The notes under the pieces: generated by a model | Seen by the model: the letters and a program-made list of their open reading frames with translations, nothing else | What the model was told of the DNA's origin: nothing | The model's database searches: none | Position numbers and translations under genes: made by a program | Shown here: piece after piece, positions 51,541-64,000 of the stretch | Numbering within the stretch: position 1 is the stretch's first letter | Layout: each line of letters starts with the position of its first letter | Assembly: GCA_977017645.1 (NCBI GenBank) | Contig: OZ360235.1 | Span: forward strand, 20,522,001-20,586,000 | DNA from: Torpedo marmorata | Taxonomy: Eukaryota | Direction of reading: 5' to 3' | DNA: 64,000 nucleotides

Positions 51541-52570
51541 AGACTTAACTGTTCATGGGGTATGGCTGTCTCAGCACAATACTCAAAATGCAGAAACCGA
51601 AGTGGCTCAGGCATCCTGGTTTTTATTCTTTGAGGATCTGGCAATTGGCTCATGTGGATAGATCGACATTTTGAAGTCCTGCCTTAGTAATTATGTGCTG
51701 CCCAACACAACTGAATTTGTTTTTTTTTTTCATTTTTTAAATTATTTTGAGCAGGGAATGTTTAAAAAAAAGACACAAAAAATAATTTTTCAGCCCATCA
51801 GCAGATCTTTCTGCTAAAGGGCAAGTGGACCGACAATACTTTCATTGCTAAATTTCCAAAGTGTAAAAATTTAAAAAGTTTGCATTGTTCATTGTAGCAT
51901 AACTGGTAATAAAAAATGTGTAGTGCATTGTATTTCATTTGGAAAGATAAGCAGCCTGCGTTTAATTTGTTCATTTTACTTTCCCCTAATGTTTTTGAAA
52001 AGCATTTCTGTCAAGTTAAATGCAAGAACATTTGACTGTCTAAGTGAACGTTATTGCCACGACCTCTGGACATTTTCCACGGTTGTGTATCACTGGGCTT
52101 CATCTTTCCAGAATGAGCAAAACACTGTCCAGTCTTTGTTACAATTTTGTAATAAAAGTGTACATTTTTTTAATTTTTGGACATCACATGAATAAAGATA
52201 TGTATGTACGAATGTGTATATATTATATATATGACATCTATTTTGGAAAATATTTGCCCTGCTGTACCTCATTTTTCGGAGGTGTGCATGGATGCAATAC
52301 ATGAAAACAGGACATTTCGGGAACTGCTGAGCAGGGGACCGCTGTGTCGCCCTGTGCACTTAAGGGCCAGATTTTCAGCAGCCAAGGACATCCATACCCA
52401 ATTGAACATGATGGGACTTCAGGAAGTGAACTGAGACAATTCACAATGGCTGGTTGAACAGCAGCATTTCATAGGAAAAAAATAATTAAAAAAAATCAAT
52501 CTTGTATTTTCTGACCACATTAAAGCTTCTTCTCTTTGTAATAAAGTAGAAAAGCTGTCCTAATTGCAGT
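51541..52570 (+). other. CNOT2: CNOT2 3' UTR with tandem polyadenylation signals
   Basis: Repeat-free sequence after the stop; AATAAA at 51908, 52151, 52191 and 52540. The 3' end is inferred. Confidence 0.7.
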
Positions 52571-55500
52571 GTTGCCTTTAATTTGAATTTGCAACTGTAT
52601 TTTTAATTTTCTAGTGTTGAATGCAGTGTGAAAGGTTTTGGAATATTTGTTGGAATATATGTGTGAAGCTTTATTTTCTCAAAGATTACAGTATGTTGTC
52701 TAGATTACTACAGGTAAGTTTTGAGTTTATTCTAATTTTTTCCCACGTGCTAACTAAGTGCTCATTAGCTCTTATTTAAATTGGGAAGTACAGGCCAAAG
52801 AAATCTTTTGTATCAGTTCAAAAATATAGTTACCGGTAATCTTTCAGTGCACAGAAAACAATCCAGGACATGAATGAACTCATTAAATCTTAATAAATAT
52901 ACCTTTTCTGCAACAATCATAGTTATAGTTCAATAAGAATAAAAACAGATTTGCCATTTTTAGTATTGGTGGGAAAAACAATTGGAATGGGCACAGTCGG
53001 CAAAAAGCCTATTTCTGTCCTGCACAACCCACGTCTCATGATTCCATTTTCTCCCCACAGAAACCTTACTTATTAACTACGTACATGTGTTTAAATCTGT
53101 GGCTCAGGAATTGTAAACAATTAATCTTGGCTTTGTTTTGCATGTATTCCCTACTTATTAACTTATCAGAAATACTTATTACAGGTATACTTCAACATAT
53201 ACCCAGTACATAACACACTTTAATATTATGCTATTGGTGAGACATTGATATATGGCTTTATCAACCATTCGTATACTAGTTAGACTTTGATTTACACTGT
53301 CATATTTGTATGATTATATAGAATTATGCATCAATGTGCAGGATATAAATACTTGAAATAACATGTTCTAAACACATTTTCCTCGCAAACATTTTCTGCA
53401 TTAAAAACTTGTTATTGTAATATTTCCATAATTTTGTGCAAGCAAGAAAAATGAGTTTTAATACAACATTCTCAAGTATTTTTCCATTTTGTCCGCATGC
53501 TGCATTCCCCCACATCTCCCCCTCCCCCCACCCCGGACATTTTCCGGTGGATATGTTTGAACACGGTAAAGTGTATTAAACATTTGGAACAGTTTTTTTG
53601 CAGCTCTTCCATTTTTTTTATTCCTACAAAATGCAAGACTTTTGTCAAATGTAGAATCAACAAAGGTGTAAACTTTAAGTGAAAGTTTTTGCATAATATT
53701 AGATAGATTAAATAATCCTAAAATAAAAATACTATTTATATTCCTGATTATGTCACTTATAAACTCTGGATTTAAGTTTGAGGCATGAGAGACTTCAGAT
53801 GCTGAAATCCAGAGCAAAAATACAAACTGCTGGAGGAACTCAGCAGGTCGAGCAGCATCTGTGGGAGGAAAGTAATGGTTGATATTGCGGTTTGAGCTTG
53901 ATTTAAATTTGAGATCACTTTTAAGAAAATGTTTTAATTCTGCCCAATTTTAAAGCATTTCTTTGCCAGGAAGTGGATAAGGAAAAATTCAATATCTAAA
54001 ATAATGGTTTTGAAGAATCATTCTATTGTACTTAGATATTTTAACAACCACTGTTAAACTTTCTAGACTGAAGATTTTTGAATACTTCTAATGATACTTA
54101 AATAAAACAATATAAGGAAGCACTCAGCCAGTTAGGCAGCATCTGTAGAAAGAGAAATGTTAATTCTGTTTCTTTTTCCATTGCTGCTGCATAACCTACC
54201 GAGTATCCAGAATTCTGTCTCATGATTTCAAGCATCTACGGTTTCTTTAATTCTAATTATACTTTGATATCCAATGATATTTAGATATTCACAGGAGATT
54301 ATAGTCTTACTGGGAACTGTTGGTTGACTCCTAAATTGAAATTGCCTTCCTTCTTGGTATTGGTTCGTGTCAACTGAGTAACATTGAGAATGTATTTAAT
54401 GATCAAAATAACAAGGATATTTGCAAAGTCATTGCTTTGTGTGTGCAATATTTTAAGATTTAAATCATTGTGCATCATATACAGCATTGCATTTAATAGG
54501 TCAAACTTTCAATAAATGCTCTTATCTCTGAAGTACAGCTATGCTAAAACATGATGTATAGATTAAGCAGTACTTGTTCAGTCTCCAATGCTCCCTCAGT
54601 AAATACAACTTTGATGTAACCAAAACCCTTGATTGGCAATGAATCATGCTATACTGTAACAAATCCCTTCACTATTCGCCCTGTCAATTTCGTTAGGTAT
54701 TGCCAGGTCCTTCAAGAATGCTTGAAAAGAAAGGATTGCCAATTCTTTGTCCTTCCAATTTTTAGGATAAATATTTAAAGAAATTATCTCAAATAATTTT
54801 CTTTGTCAAGTTTGTGGAATATAGAACTTTGGCTTCTGCTACTAAATGTCTAAAACCTGTGATAGAGTTCCCATTTTTACACTATTTAATTATATTTGGA
54901 ATAAATTGAAGGAATTAGGATGGGTGGTGCAGGAAGTGATCAGATTTACTGCATCGTTCATGTTATCATCTCAGAGCAATCCATTTTATTTTACTCTGAT
55001 TAGTCTTTCAACAGGACTCCTATCTACTCTGATTTTCCAGATTAAAATGGAAACTAACAGCCGGAAAAAAAACTATTTCCCCCATCCTCAGCAGTCAGTT
55101 TTATGTTGCTGCTTGAATGTTGCAGGCGTAACAACTTTGAAGGTAAGTCAGACCACAACCAATTAAATTGCAAACCGTTAGTATTTCTCCCATTTAGTAA
55201 AGGACTATTATAAATGTTGGTACTTTTACCAATAACAACATCTTTAAATCCAATTCTCATGACAGTAAAAGACAAAGTCACTGTTTTTGTACTTTACTCC
55301 ACACTGCATTATTTGACTACCATTACCCTGCTTCCTGCGCTGTTCTTATTTATTTGTTATTATTGCAGTACCTGCCTAATGAGTTGAATTGCTTAGATGG
55401 CACACAAATCTTATTGTATTTTGATACACGTGATACAGTAATAAAATTCAGGAATAGCAAAATAGCATTTTTGAAGAAAGTATTGTTAAATAGGAAACCG

Positions 55501-55584
55501 TACAGCAGCAAATTTATGCAGAGCATAATCATACAAGCAGCAAGGAAATACTGACCAGCTAACCTATGATATTTGATCATTGTA

Positions 55585-56330
55585 GACTTCAGGCATGCTG
55601 GAAGCTACACTCATGCCCCTATTTACATCAATGGAGTTGTGGTGGAACGTGTATCAAGCTTCAAATTCCTTGGTGTCCACAGTTCCGATGATCTCACCTG
55701 GTTCCTGAACTCTCCATCCTGATCAAAAAGGCGCAACAGTGCCTTTATTTCCTGCGGAGCATGAAGAAAGTACACCTCTGTCCCAGGATATTGATGGATT
55801 TTTACCGCTGTACCATTGAGAGCATACTTACCTATGGCATCTCAGTGTGGTATGGCAATTGTCTCGTATCGGACCGTAAAGCACTTCAGCGCGTGGTGAA
55901 AACTGCCCAGCAGATTATCGGCATCCAATTGCCCACCATTGAGAACATCTATCAGGAACGCTGTCTGGGCAGGGCGAAGAGCATCATCAAGGATGCATCT
56001 CACCCTAACTATGGACTTTTTACTCTCCTTCCATCCGGTAGGCACTACAGGAGCCTTCGCTCTCAAACCAGCAGGCTCAAGAAGAGCTTTTTCCCCGAGG
56101 CTGTGACCCTGCTGAACCTTAAATCACAGCGCTGAGTAGTACTGCACTCACATTGTACTGTCAGTACTTTTATAATAGTTTGCTGAATGCGCTTGTTTTT
56201 ATTCGCACGTAGTTATTTGTATATAGCACTATTTTTTAACTTCTGGTTGGATGCTAATTGTATTTCATTGGCTTTGTATTTTACTTGGCACAATGACAAT
56301 AAATTTGAATCTAGTCTAATCTAATCTAAT
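55585..56330 (+). mobile_element. Rex1/Babar-like LINE 3' fragment
   Basis: ORF 55761-56135 (FYRCTIESILT..LQRVVKTAQQII..LLPSGRHYRSL); AATAAA plus (AATCT)n tail. Confidence 0.85.
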
Positions 56331-59300
56331 ATTGCCTGCAGGATAAATATTTTAGCAGGATGCCCAAGGAAAACTCTGCTCTTTTATAAATGATGCCATA
56401 TGACTACATTCACCAGAAAATTTGGATGAGGCCTTTATTCAACATTAATCCAAAAGATGGTAAATGTTATTTAATATTCAATTTACACAGAACAACTTTT
56501 CAGATTGCAGTCATTTGGTAATGTATAGTATGCAAAAATCCATGTCAAAAGTATTCAATTAAATTAGAACCAAATTAACTCAATTTCAACACATCATGTT
56601 TATTGTTCAAGTTTATTGTCACATTATACCTGCTATAGTGAGAAGGGTTCTTCCAAGAGCAGTTTAGCACGTCAATTCTAACATTCATGTGGTCGTACAA
56701 AATAGTAGAGCAAAAGCACAGTTACATGGGAGAGGTTTACAATGAAAAAGATCTATTAATGCATAGCAAGCACAGCATGAGAGTACTCAAGTTCATTCAG
56801 GGGAAGAAGCTGTCTTGAAGCCTTTTGGTACAATTTTACACCTTTGAACATTCTCCCCAATAGGAGGATGAAGAGTGTGTGTCCAGAATATGATAGGTCC
56901 TTCAATATGTTGCCTGCCTTATCTAGGCAGTTAGAGGGATAGAGAGGGAGGTCTTAGTGACTTTTTGGTAGAATTCTCAAATTAACCCAAATCAATCATG
57001 AATTGGCAGTCTCACGAGAATATAAGGTGGAAAGGACTCACTGATGAAAGGTAATACTCCTGAGGTTATGTTGAACCATGGCTACTACATGGCTATTACA
57101 GACTTGACAATCCTTACAATTGAGCTCTGCCAAGCATAAATCAAAAGTCTTGACGAAGGATTCTGACCCAAAATGTCAACAATTATTTTTTTCTCCCTCT
57201 GATGTTGAGTTACATCAGCAGATTATTTTTGCTCCAGATTCCAGCATCTGCTTTAAGATTGAAATAGATGATTTAATAATATTTTAAGTCCTAATTTTTG
57301 TAGGCAATGTAATATTGGCACCTAAAATTCTGATGGCATAATGTTTGTTTTGTAATTAGTTTTGAATCAGTGTACTGATATTGATAATATTCTCTGGAAT
57401 GTGTTATAACAAGTATTACTCAATACCTGTAAACTCTAGAGCCCTTTTTAATACTTTGATTCCCATGTGGTGGATGCTCGTGTCCCACCAGTGTCTTCCA
57501 TATACTAAAGTAAAGCTACTTGTTTGTGGTGAGCATCAAGACAAGCTTAGTTCTTAGCTCCCCTTTTGCAGAAATAAACACTGAATTACAATCTCTTTGT
57601 TCTTCCACCAACCTGTGTCAAGGCCCTTGATAGCCTGTCATTCATGGGAAAGTAACTTTGAAGCCCACTCTGGTCTACTCAGCCACCTTCATTCACATCA
57701 CAATACTAAAGACTAAATGCCATGGTCAAACTTGAGAACAAGTGACAAACATCATTGTAATCACTGCCCCCACCCCCTCCAGTCTAAATCCTGTTGTAAA
57801 TAACTAACAGGAGCTTAGAACCTTTTGGTCTGAAATAGATTCTCTGTCATGTTTTAATTTAAAAAAATATATCCTTGACTAATTATTAAATTCGAAGCCC
57901 CACTTCACTCAAACATGGCATATTCTATATTTAGTTCTGCTTGATCATTTAGTCTCTACCTTGATGTGTACTGAAAATAAATCTAGGTCACCCAGATTCC
58001 CATACCAACTAAAAATCAAAGGTTACATCATTTAAGGATTTTATACATAAAAATGGAGATTATCATTTCAAATGAATGCAAAAGTTTGAGGTTGTTGTGA
58101 AGGAGGAAGGAATGGCATGAGTGTGTGGCCGGATGATAATCTCCAGTTTTCACTTTCATTCGTGACTTGTATTATTTTTCCAAGGGGATTAATAAGGAGT
58201 TATCAGTTTATAGTTAAACTGTTGAATGTGAGAAAGGGAATCCCTTTTAGCTTGGATCCTGCTTTCCTGCTCTGCCATTCGATAAGATCATGACCAATTT
58301 TTCACCTCAGCGTCACTTTCCCAAACTTGCCCTCTGTCCGTTGATGTCCAGAAATCTATTGATCTCTTGCATGTGTTCAGCAGCTGAGTCTCTGTTCCCC
58401 GAACCAAGAAATGCAAAGATTTATTTGGATTTGTATGAAGACATTTCTCCTGCATCTTCTGATTAGCCAACAGCTTATTTTTTGCCCAAGCTCCATGTTC
58501 TAGAACTCTTCCCCCTCCCAACATAACTCCTCCCCCCACGCAAACCCAAGGGAAACAAACATCAACTTGGAAAGTTCTGTAAAAGTTCTGTGCATTTCAA
58601 TGAGATCACCCACCATTCATTCTAAACTCTAAGGAACGTCGGGCTTTCATTTTTGCTCGCATTGGAATGTGTACAACAATTACTCAAGCACTGCCGGCAA
58701 ACGGAACAAAACATATTTCATGAAGAAAGGTAAATAGTTGAAACTAAGACACCCAGGGACAATACAAGTAAGGTCTGATTCATTACAGATATGTGAACCC
58801 AGCGACCTCCTGTCTTTCTGTTGCAGCTTCGATGATGGGCCGTTCAGATCGTTTGTGAACTTCTGGTACTTCAGCTGATTGACCATTTTGCACATGGACA
58901 TATGTCTCAATCAGCTGCCAGCCAGAATAGCAGAGACAAACAGTTGTGTACGTAGGCTCACTGATTGTCAAATAGCACTGATAGGATTGGCTGAGAGTAA
59001 TCCTTTGCCCAGAGAAATCAATTACTTTTGACTTGAGTCATGTTGGCTTACTTTTAAGTCTTACTTTTGAATTATGTTGGCAGATTAGTGAGAAATTGAA
59101 AGCATGGGTATCTGAGTAACAATATTTTACTCAGCCCCATGCTTTGTTTTTATGGGATGCATATTTCTGCTACTGCAGTGCCATAGGAAACCAGACAAGT
59201 GATGTACCCAAAATACTTCTTGCTGCTTTCTGAGGCCTTCTCTTTCATAGTTCTTGACCCACCCAGGGCTTCGTAGGTAAATTTGAAGTCGTTCTCTGGT

Positions 59301-59444
59301 CCATGATGCAGTTGTTAAATGGACACAGATGTCACTCAGACTTTTGTTCATCACCCTCTAGTTCCTCTTTGCTCAGGATCCCAGTATCTGCAGTTTTTTG
59401 AGGCTCTAGACTGTTCGTACGACCTGATCTATATTCCTTACAGG

Positions 59445-60065
59445 AGTCGCAAGGAATTGCAAATGCTGAAATCAGGGGGCTGCTGGAAGAACTCAGTCGG
59501 TCAGTCAGCATCTGTGGAGCAAAGGGTCGAGGCCCTGCATCAGGACTGGGAGCGGAAAGGGGAATAGCCAGTATGAAGAAAGGGAGGGCTGAAGCAGGAG
59601 CTGGATGAAGATGGGAGGGTTTGATGGGCAAATAGAGCCAGGTGCAGAGGGAAGGGTGGAGACAGTAGGTGATGTGGAGATATCTTGGGCTGCAGAGCAT
59701 GGAACCTGATAAGGAAGGTGATGAGTGGAACCAGCTCAGGGAAGTGAGCAAATGGGAACAGTGGGGGAGGGGTTAAATGCAGTGGATTGAGTGTGTAGGT
59801 GGAGACGAAACAAACTAGGGTAACGGGCTGGGGAAGGTTGGAGAGAAGGATGGTGTGAACGGGCCTGAGTGGATCAGAAAAGGAGAGATAAAAAGGAAGA
59901 GCGGGGGAGGGGGTGGTGCGAGTCATATGAAATTGGGGAATTCAATGTTCATGTGTTGGGTTTTGAACTATCCAGGTGGAATATGAAGTGCAGTTTCTCC
60001 AGTTTGCGTTTGGCATCACTCTGGCAGTGGAGGAGACCGAGGACAGACCAGTCAGTGTGGGAATA
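59445..60065 (-). mobile_element. Penelope-like element remnant (GIY-YIG endonuclease C-terminus and 3' repeat)
   Basis: Minus-strand peptide SVLGLLHCQSDAKRKLEKLHFIFHLDSSKP resembles the PLE GIY-YIG tail (RKLEEQHLIFRLG..QP). A related plus-strand remnant lies at ~61170-62020. Confidence 0.65.
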
Positions 60066-60099
60066 AGGAGGGGTGCTAATGTGACTAAAGAACGCAAGA

Positions 60100-60960
60100 A
60101 TTAGCCGGCCTGTCGGAGCTGTTCTGCCATTTGATGAGATCATGGTTGATCTGGCCATGGACTCAGCTTCACCTACCTGCCTTTTCCCCACAAACCTTAA
60201 TTCCCTTACTATGCAAAAATCTTACTGTGTTAAATATATTTAATGAGGTGGCCTCAACTGCTTCTTTGAGCTTTCAGCAGAGAATTTACAGATTCGCTAT
60301 TCTCTGGGAAAAGCAGTTCTTTCTAATTCCATCCTAGATCTACTCCCCTGCATCTTGACACTATGTCCCCTAGTTCTAAAGTAAAACATGAAAATCTGTA
60401 GACAGCGTGGTTGAAGTAAAAAACACAAATGCTGGAGAAACTCAGCAGGTCAAACTGTCTTTTATGTAGCAAAGGGCTTGAGCCCTTCATCAAAGTATGA
60501 GAAAATGCCGACATGCGTCCGAACAAAAGCAAATAGTTCTAGTCTCACCTGTCAGTGGTAAAGACCTAGCTGCCTCTATCTTGTCTATTCATGTCATGAT
60601 TGTATATGCATTTATAATATGCCCTCTCATTTTTCTTAGGCCCAGGCGACTCAATCTCTCCTCATAGGCTAAACCCCATGTCTGCAATCAACATGGTGAA
60701 CCTCCTCTGCACCACCTCCAAAGCCAGCATATCTTCTCAAGTAAGGAGACAAGAACTGCACACAGAACTCCACATACTGCCTCACCAGTACTCTGTACAT
60801 TCACAAGTGAACCCTGCTGTTCTTAAATTCAGTCTCTCCAGCAATGAGGGCCTTCATTGCCTTCATTTTAACCTGTACACCTGCAAACCAACCTTTTGTG
60901 ATGCACACACAAATAGTCCTATGTCCCTCGGCACAACAGCATGTTACAATCTTTCACCAT
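60100..60960 (-). mobile_element. CR1 3' fragment containing a short TSD-flanked Penelope-like insert (60379-60533)
   Basis: Reverse copy of the 41815-42330 CR1; TSD TAGTTCTA at 60371-60378 and 60534-60541. Confidence 0.75.
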
Positions 60961-63544
60961 TTATATAATAATCAAATCTATTTCTTCTTGCAACTAGGAT
61001 TTCAAGATGGCCATTGCAAAGAGCTTTGTCAATGCAATCCTTTAGTCTGTTTTTGGCAGGGCTGCTTTGATCTTTGGATGGTGGTGAGGTGGGAGGAGCC
61101 AGGACAGGTGTTACATCTCCTATAGTTGCAGGGGACAGGGTTTCTGATTGCAGCTCATTTTAAACTCCCCTTCCTATTTCCATACTGAAGTGTCTGCTCA
61201 CTGCCTCCTCCGCTGCCAAAGTGAGGTCAAACACAAACTAGAGAAACTGCATCCCATACAGTCTACAACTTTTTCCATTGAGGTTAGGTGAGATGCAAAC
61301 CAGAGGACGTGTTAAGGGTGAAAGTGGAAAGGTTTCGGGGGAACTTCTTCACATAGAGAGTAGTGGGAGTGTGGAACGAGCTGCCAACTTAAGTGGTGAA
61401 TGCGGGCTCAATTTTAACATTTAAGAAAAAAATGGACAGGTACATGGATGGGAGGGGTATGGAGGGCTATGCTCGGTGCAGGTCAGTGGGACGTGGCAGA
61501 ATAATAGTTCGGCACAGACAAGAAGGGTCCAAGGGTCTGTTTTCTGTGCTGTAATGTTCTATGGTTCTAACCCAATGATATGATAGTTGAATTCTACAAT
61601 TTCAGGAAAGCAACCTCTTGTTCTTTTTTCCCTCTTCTTCTGATCCACCCGTCCTCTCATATACCCCTTCTTTCCAAACCCCTTCCCAATCTGCCTATCA
61701 CCAACACACTCAACCTACTGGATTCCCCACCTGCCCCCCCCCCCAAAATCTGGTTCCCCTCATAATATGCAGTCCTTTGTTGTCGCCATTTATCACCTCC
61801 CAGTCGCTTTCCCCACGTGGCTCCATCTGCTCATCAACCACTCCTCACCTGGATCCACCAATCGCTTGCTAAATGCTGCTCACCTTCCCTGGCACCTTTT
61901 GTATTGGACAGCTCCCATTTACATTCAGTCCTGATGCAGAGTCTGGACAAAAAATTTCGACCAACCATTGGCGTCCGCGCCGCGGATGCTGCCTGACTCG
62001 CTGAGTTTCTCCAGAGGCTAATCTTTTGTTAACTTTTATGAGTCCCTTTGGTTGGTTCAGTGATCATCACCAATGATCGCCATCGCCAGAATGGCGTGGA
62101 GTCGCCGCCCCAGTCATCACTATCCGTTGTACAGGGAAGTTTTGTGAGCAGATCTCAAAGATGAATGGCATATGGTTTAAGTTCCCGCAAACTACGAGAA
62201 GCCAATTCTTCCATCAGGGCTACGCACTTAAGTAATGGTGATTTTGTTTCCTTTTATGTCACCGATGGTGTAATTAAACTAAGGCTAAAATACTTTGACT
62301 ATTTTCTAAAACCGTTGTTTATTTGCGGCTACGTTTCAAGTTTTAACGTGTCAACATTCCCACCGGATCAATATGGGCGTTGCGCGATCTAAACAAATCC
62401 AGGATTTAACGTGTTTGTGTACTGCTTAAAGACACCTTAAATGTGTTTGAACGTATTCTGCTTGTAAATCGGGATAAATTGCAGAAACTTTAAAAACAGC
62501 GTTCAAAATCCTGAGAGCAGATTCTCTCGCTCTTCCTTACTTTGGCCGTGCCTCCCAATATAATTGATTATGTTGTTATTTCTAAAGCGCGTGGTTAAGA
62601 ATGTTCATGTCCAAGTCTTCGCCCTATTTCGGTCGAGTGGGATTTAATTGCATTAATTACAGCATGAATTGAAGATTGGGAATATTTAAAGTAAACTTGT
62701 ATGTCACCAGTTTTGGCAAGACGCTATCCTCAAAGGAAGGCGATGGAACAATCCCTCCAGCTTGTCTGCTAAGCTGACCCCGTTTCCTCGGCAACGTGTG
62801 AGACTGTGATTGATGTGCTGGGCTTGTATTATTCCTTCCAACCATTCTGGATAAATGTGAAACTTTAAAAAAAAAGAAAATGAATGGAAGCGTCAGAAAA
62901 TAGCGCGCCTCTTCCAATTTGCTCTCGGTGTGAGGGGTCGTTAGAAATTATCTGTCCTGAGCAATTTCCGAAGCATGAAATTGTATTGCATTGAAACGGC
63001 AGCCCCCAACGTCCCAGATCTCAGCACGCCCCACGACTCTGGCCTCTCGCCCATCACTTGTCTTAATCTCCGCCGCCGGCGATGATGTCTTCATCTGTAG
63101 AAGGCCCAGACTCTGGAAAAGCCACATCTCCCTCTGAGGTTTCCCTTAAAATGAACCTCTTTGGCTCAAGGTTTGGGATGTTTTAATGTGCTTTAATGTT
63201 AACATTCTGCGTGCAGTCTCAACACGTTAATAATTGTGTCGAGCTACTGGGACAGGCTATCTTGTTAATGAATGCAAGCTATGAGTTTACATCACTGGTC
63301 ATCGGTGGCAAAGATCATCGATCACAGACGTTGATTTGACCCCAGTTTCAAGCCGTTGCATTCGGGCTGGGCTCGCCTTCATCTCTGTATAACCGGACGT
63401 TAAATCGTGCCCTAAATAGATCACAGTTTTGTTTTAACTGTCTCTACATCTGCTGTTTCATAGCAAATTCAATTTAAACCTATTGATGTGTTTTACCTTA
63501 GGAAATAAGTAGACTAACTTGGACGATGTGAACTAAATGTCACT

Positions 63545-64000
63545 ATTATTCGCTGTGTGCACTCGGGGTATAAAAGGGCTGTAGTTCCGGGAGCATTTCG
63601 AAATACAGCCGAAAACATATCCACGATGCACGGCCGATGAAGATTTTGCTTGCTGATTCAAGCCACATGTCAGCTGCCTTGAGTTTCCAAAATTTATGCT
63701 TTCCCCGAATCAGCACTGAATGTTTTGCGTCACAGTCAATTCTATATCGCCACCGTGGCAAAATGCCGCGACTCCAGGCAAAAAAATACTGCGCAAACTT
63801 TTCCCAGGATCGCGCCAATCGGGACTCTCCATTCTGATGGCATCCGAGCAGAAATGAGGGGGAGACCCGTCGTCAGTGACCTCGGAGATGCCATGGTCAA
63901 CACGTGGCTCCAAATAGCAAAACTGCAACTGCCGGACATCTGAAATTAGAACTCAGCAACTCTCGAGTTAATTATCTTTCATGGAAGGATCTGACGTAAG
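63545..64000 (+). promoter_or_regulatory. Putative promoter / first exon of a downstream gene
   Basis: TATAAAA at 63569-63575 in a CpG-enriched segment (from ~61970); possible splice donor gac|gtaag at the window end. Confidence 0.4.

Overview
Eukaryotic, AT-rich, CpG-depleted vertebrate DNA. The repeat content (V-SINE/HE1-like SINEs, CR1, Rex1-like LINEs, Penelope-like palindromes) suggests a cartilaginous fish, possibly a ray; this is inference. The window holds the 3' half of CNOT2 (CCR4-NOT subunit 2) on the + strand: 8 coding exons from 33036 to the stop at 51540, all with GT-AG sites and consistent phases, followed by a 3' UTR with several AATAAA. The first 33 kb appear to be one large CNOT2 intron. 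It contains the 3' part of a Gypsy element, a composite PIF/Harbinger insertion, and an L1 interrupted by a near-complete Gypsy (tRNA-Trp PBS, intact -1 frameshift signal). It also has several non-repeat exon-like islands, one of which would splice in frame to CNOT2 with a strong-Kozak ATG. A second, inverted L1 carries a Tc2-type MITE with a 27-bp minisatellite. Short TSD-flanked palindromic elements carry hammerhead-like remnants. The window ends in a CpG-rich, TATA-containing promoter-like segment. I see no prokaryote-type systems such as CRISPR or operons. Everything here was read by eye, without database searches.
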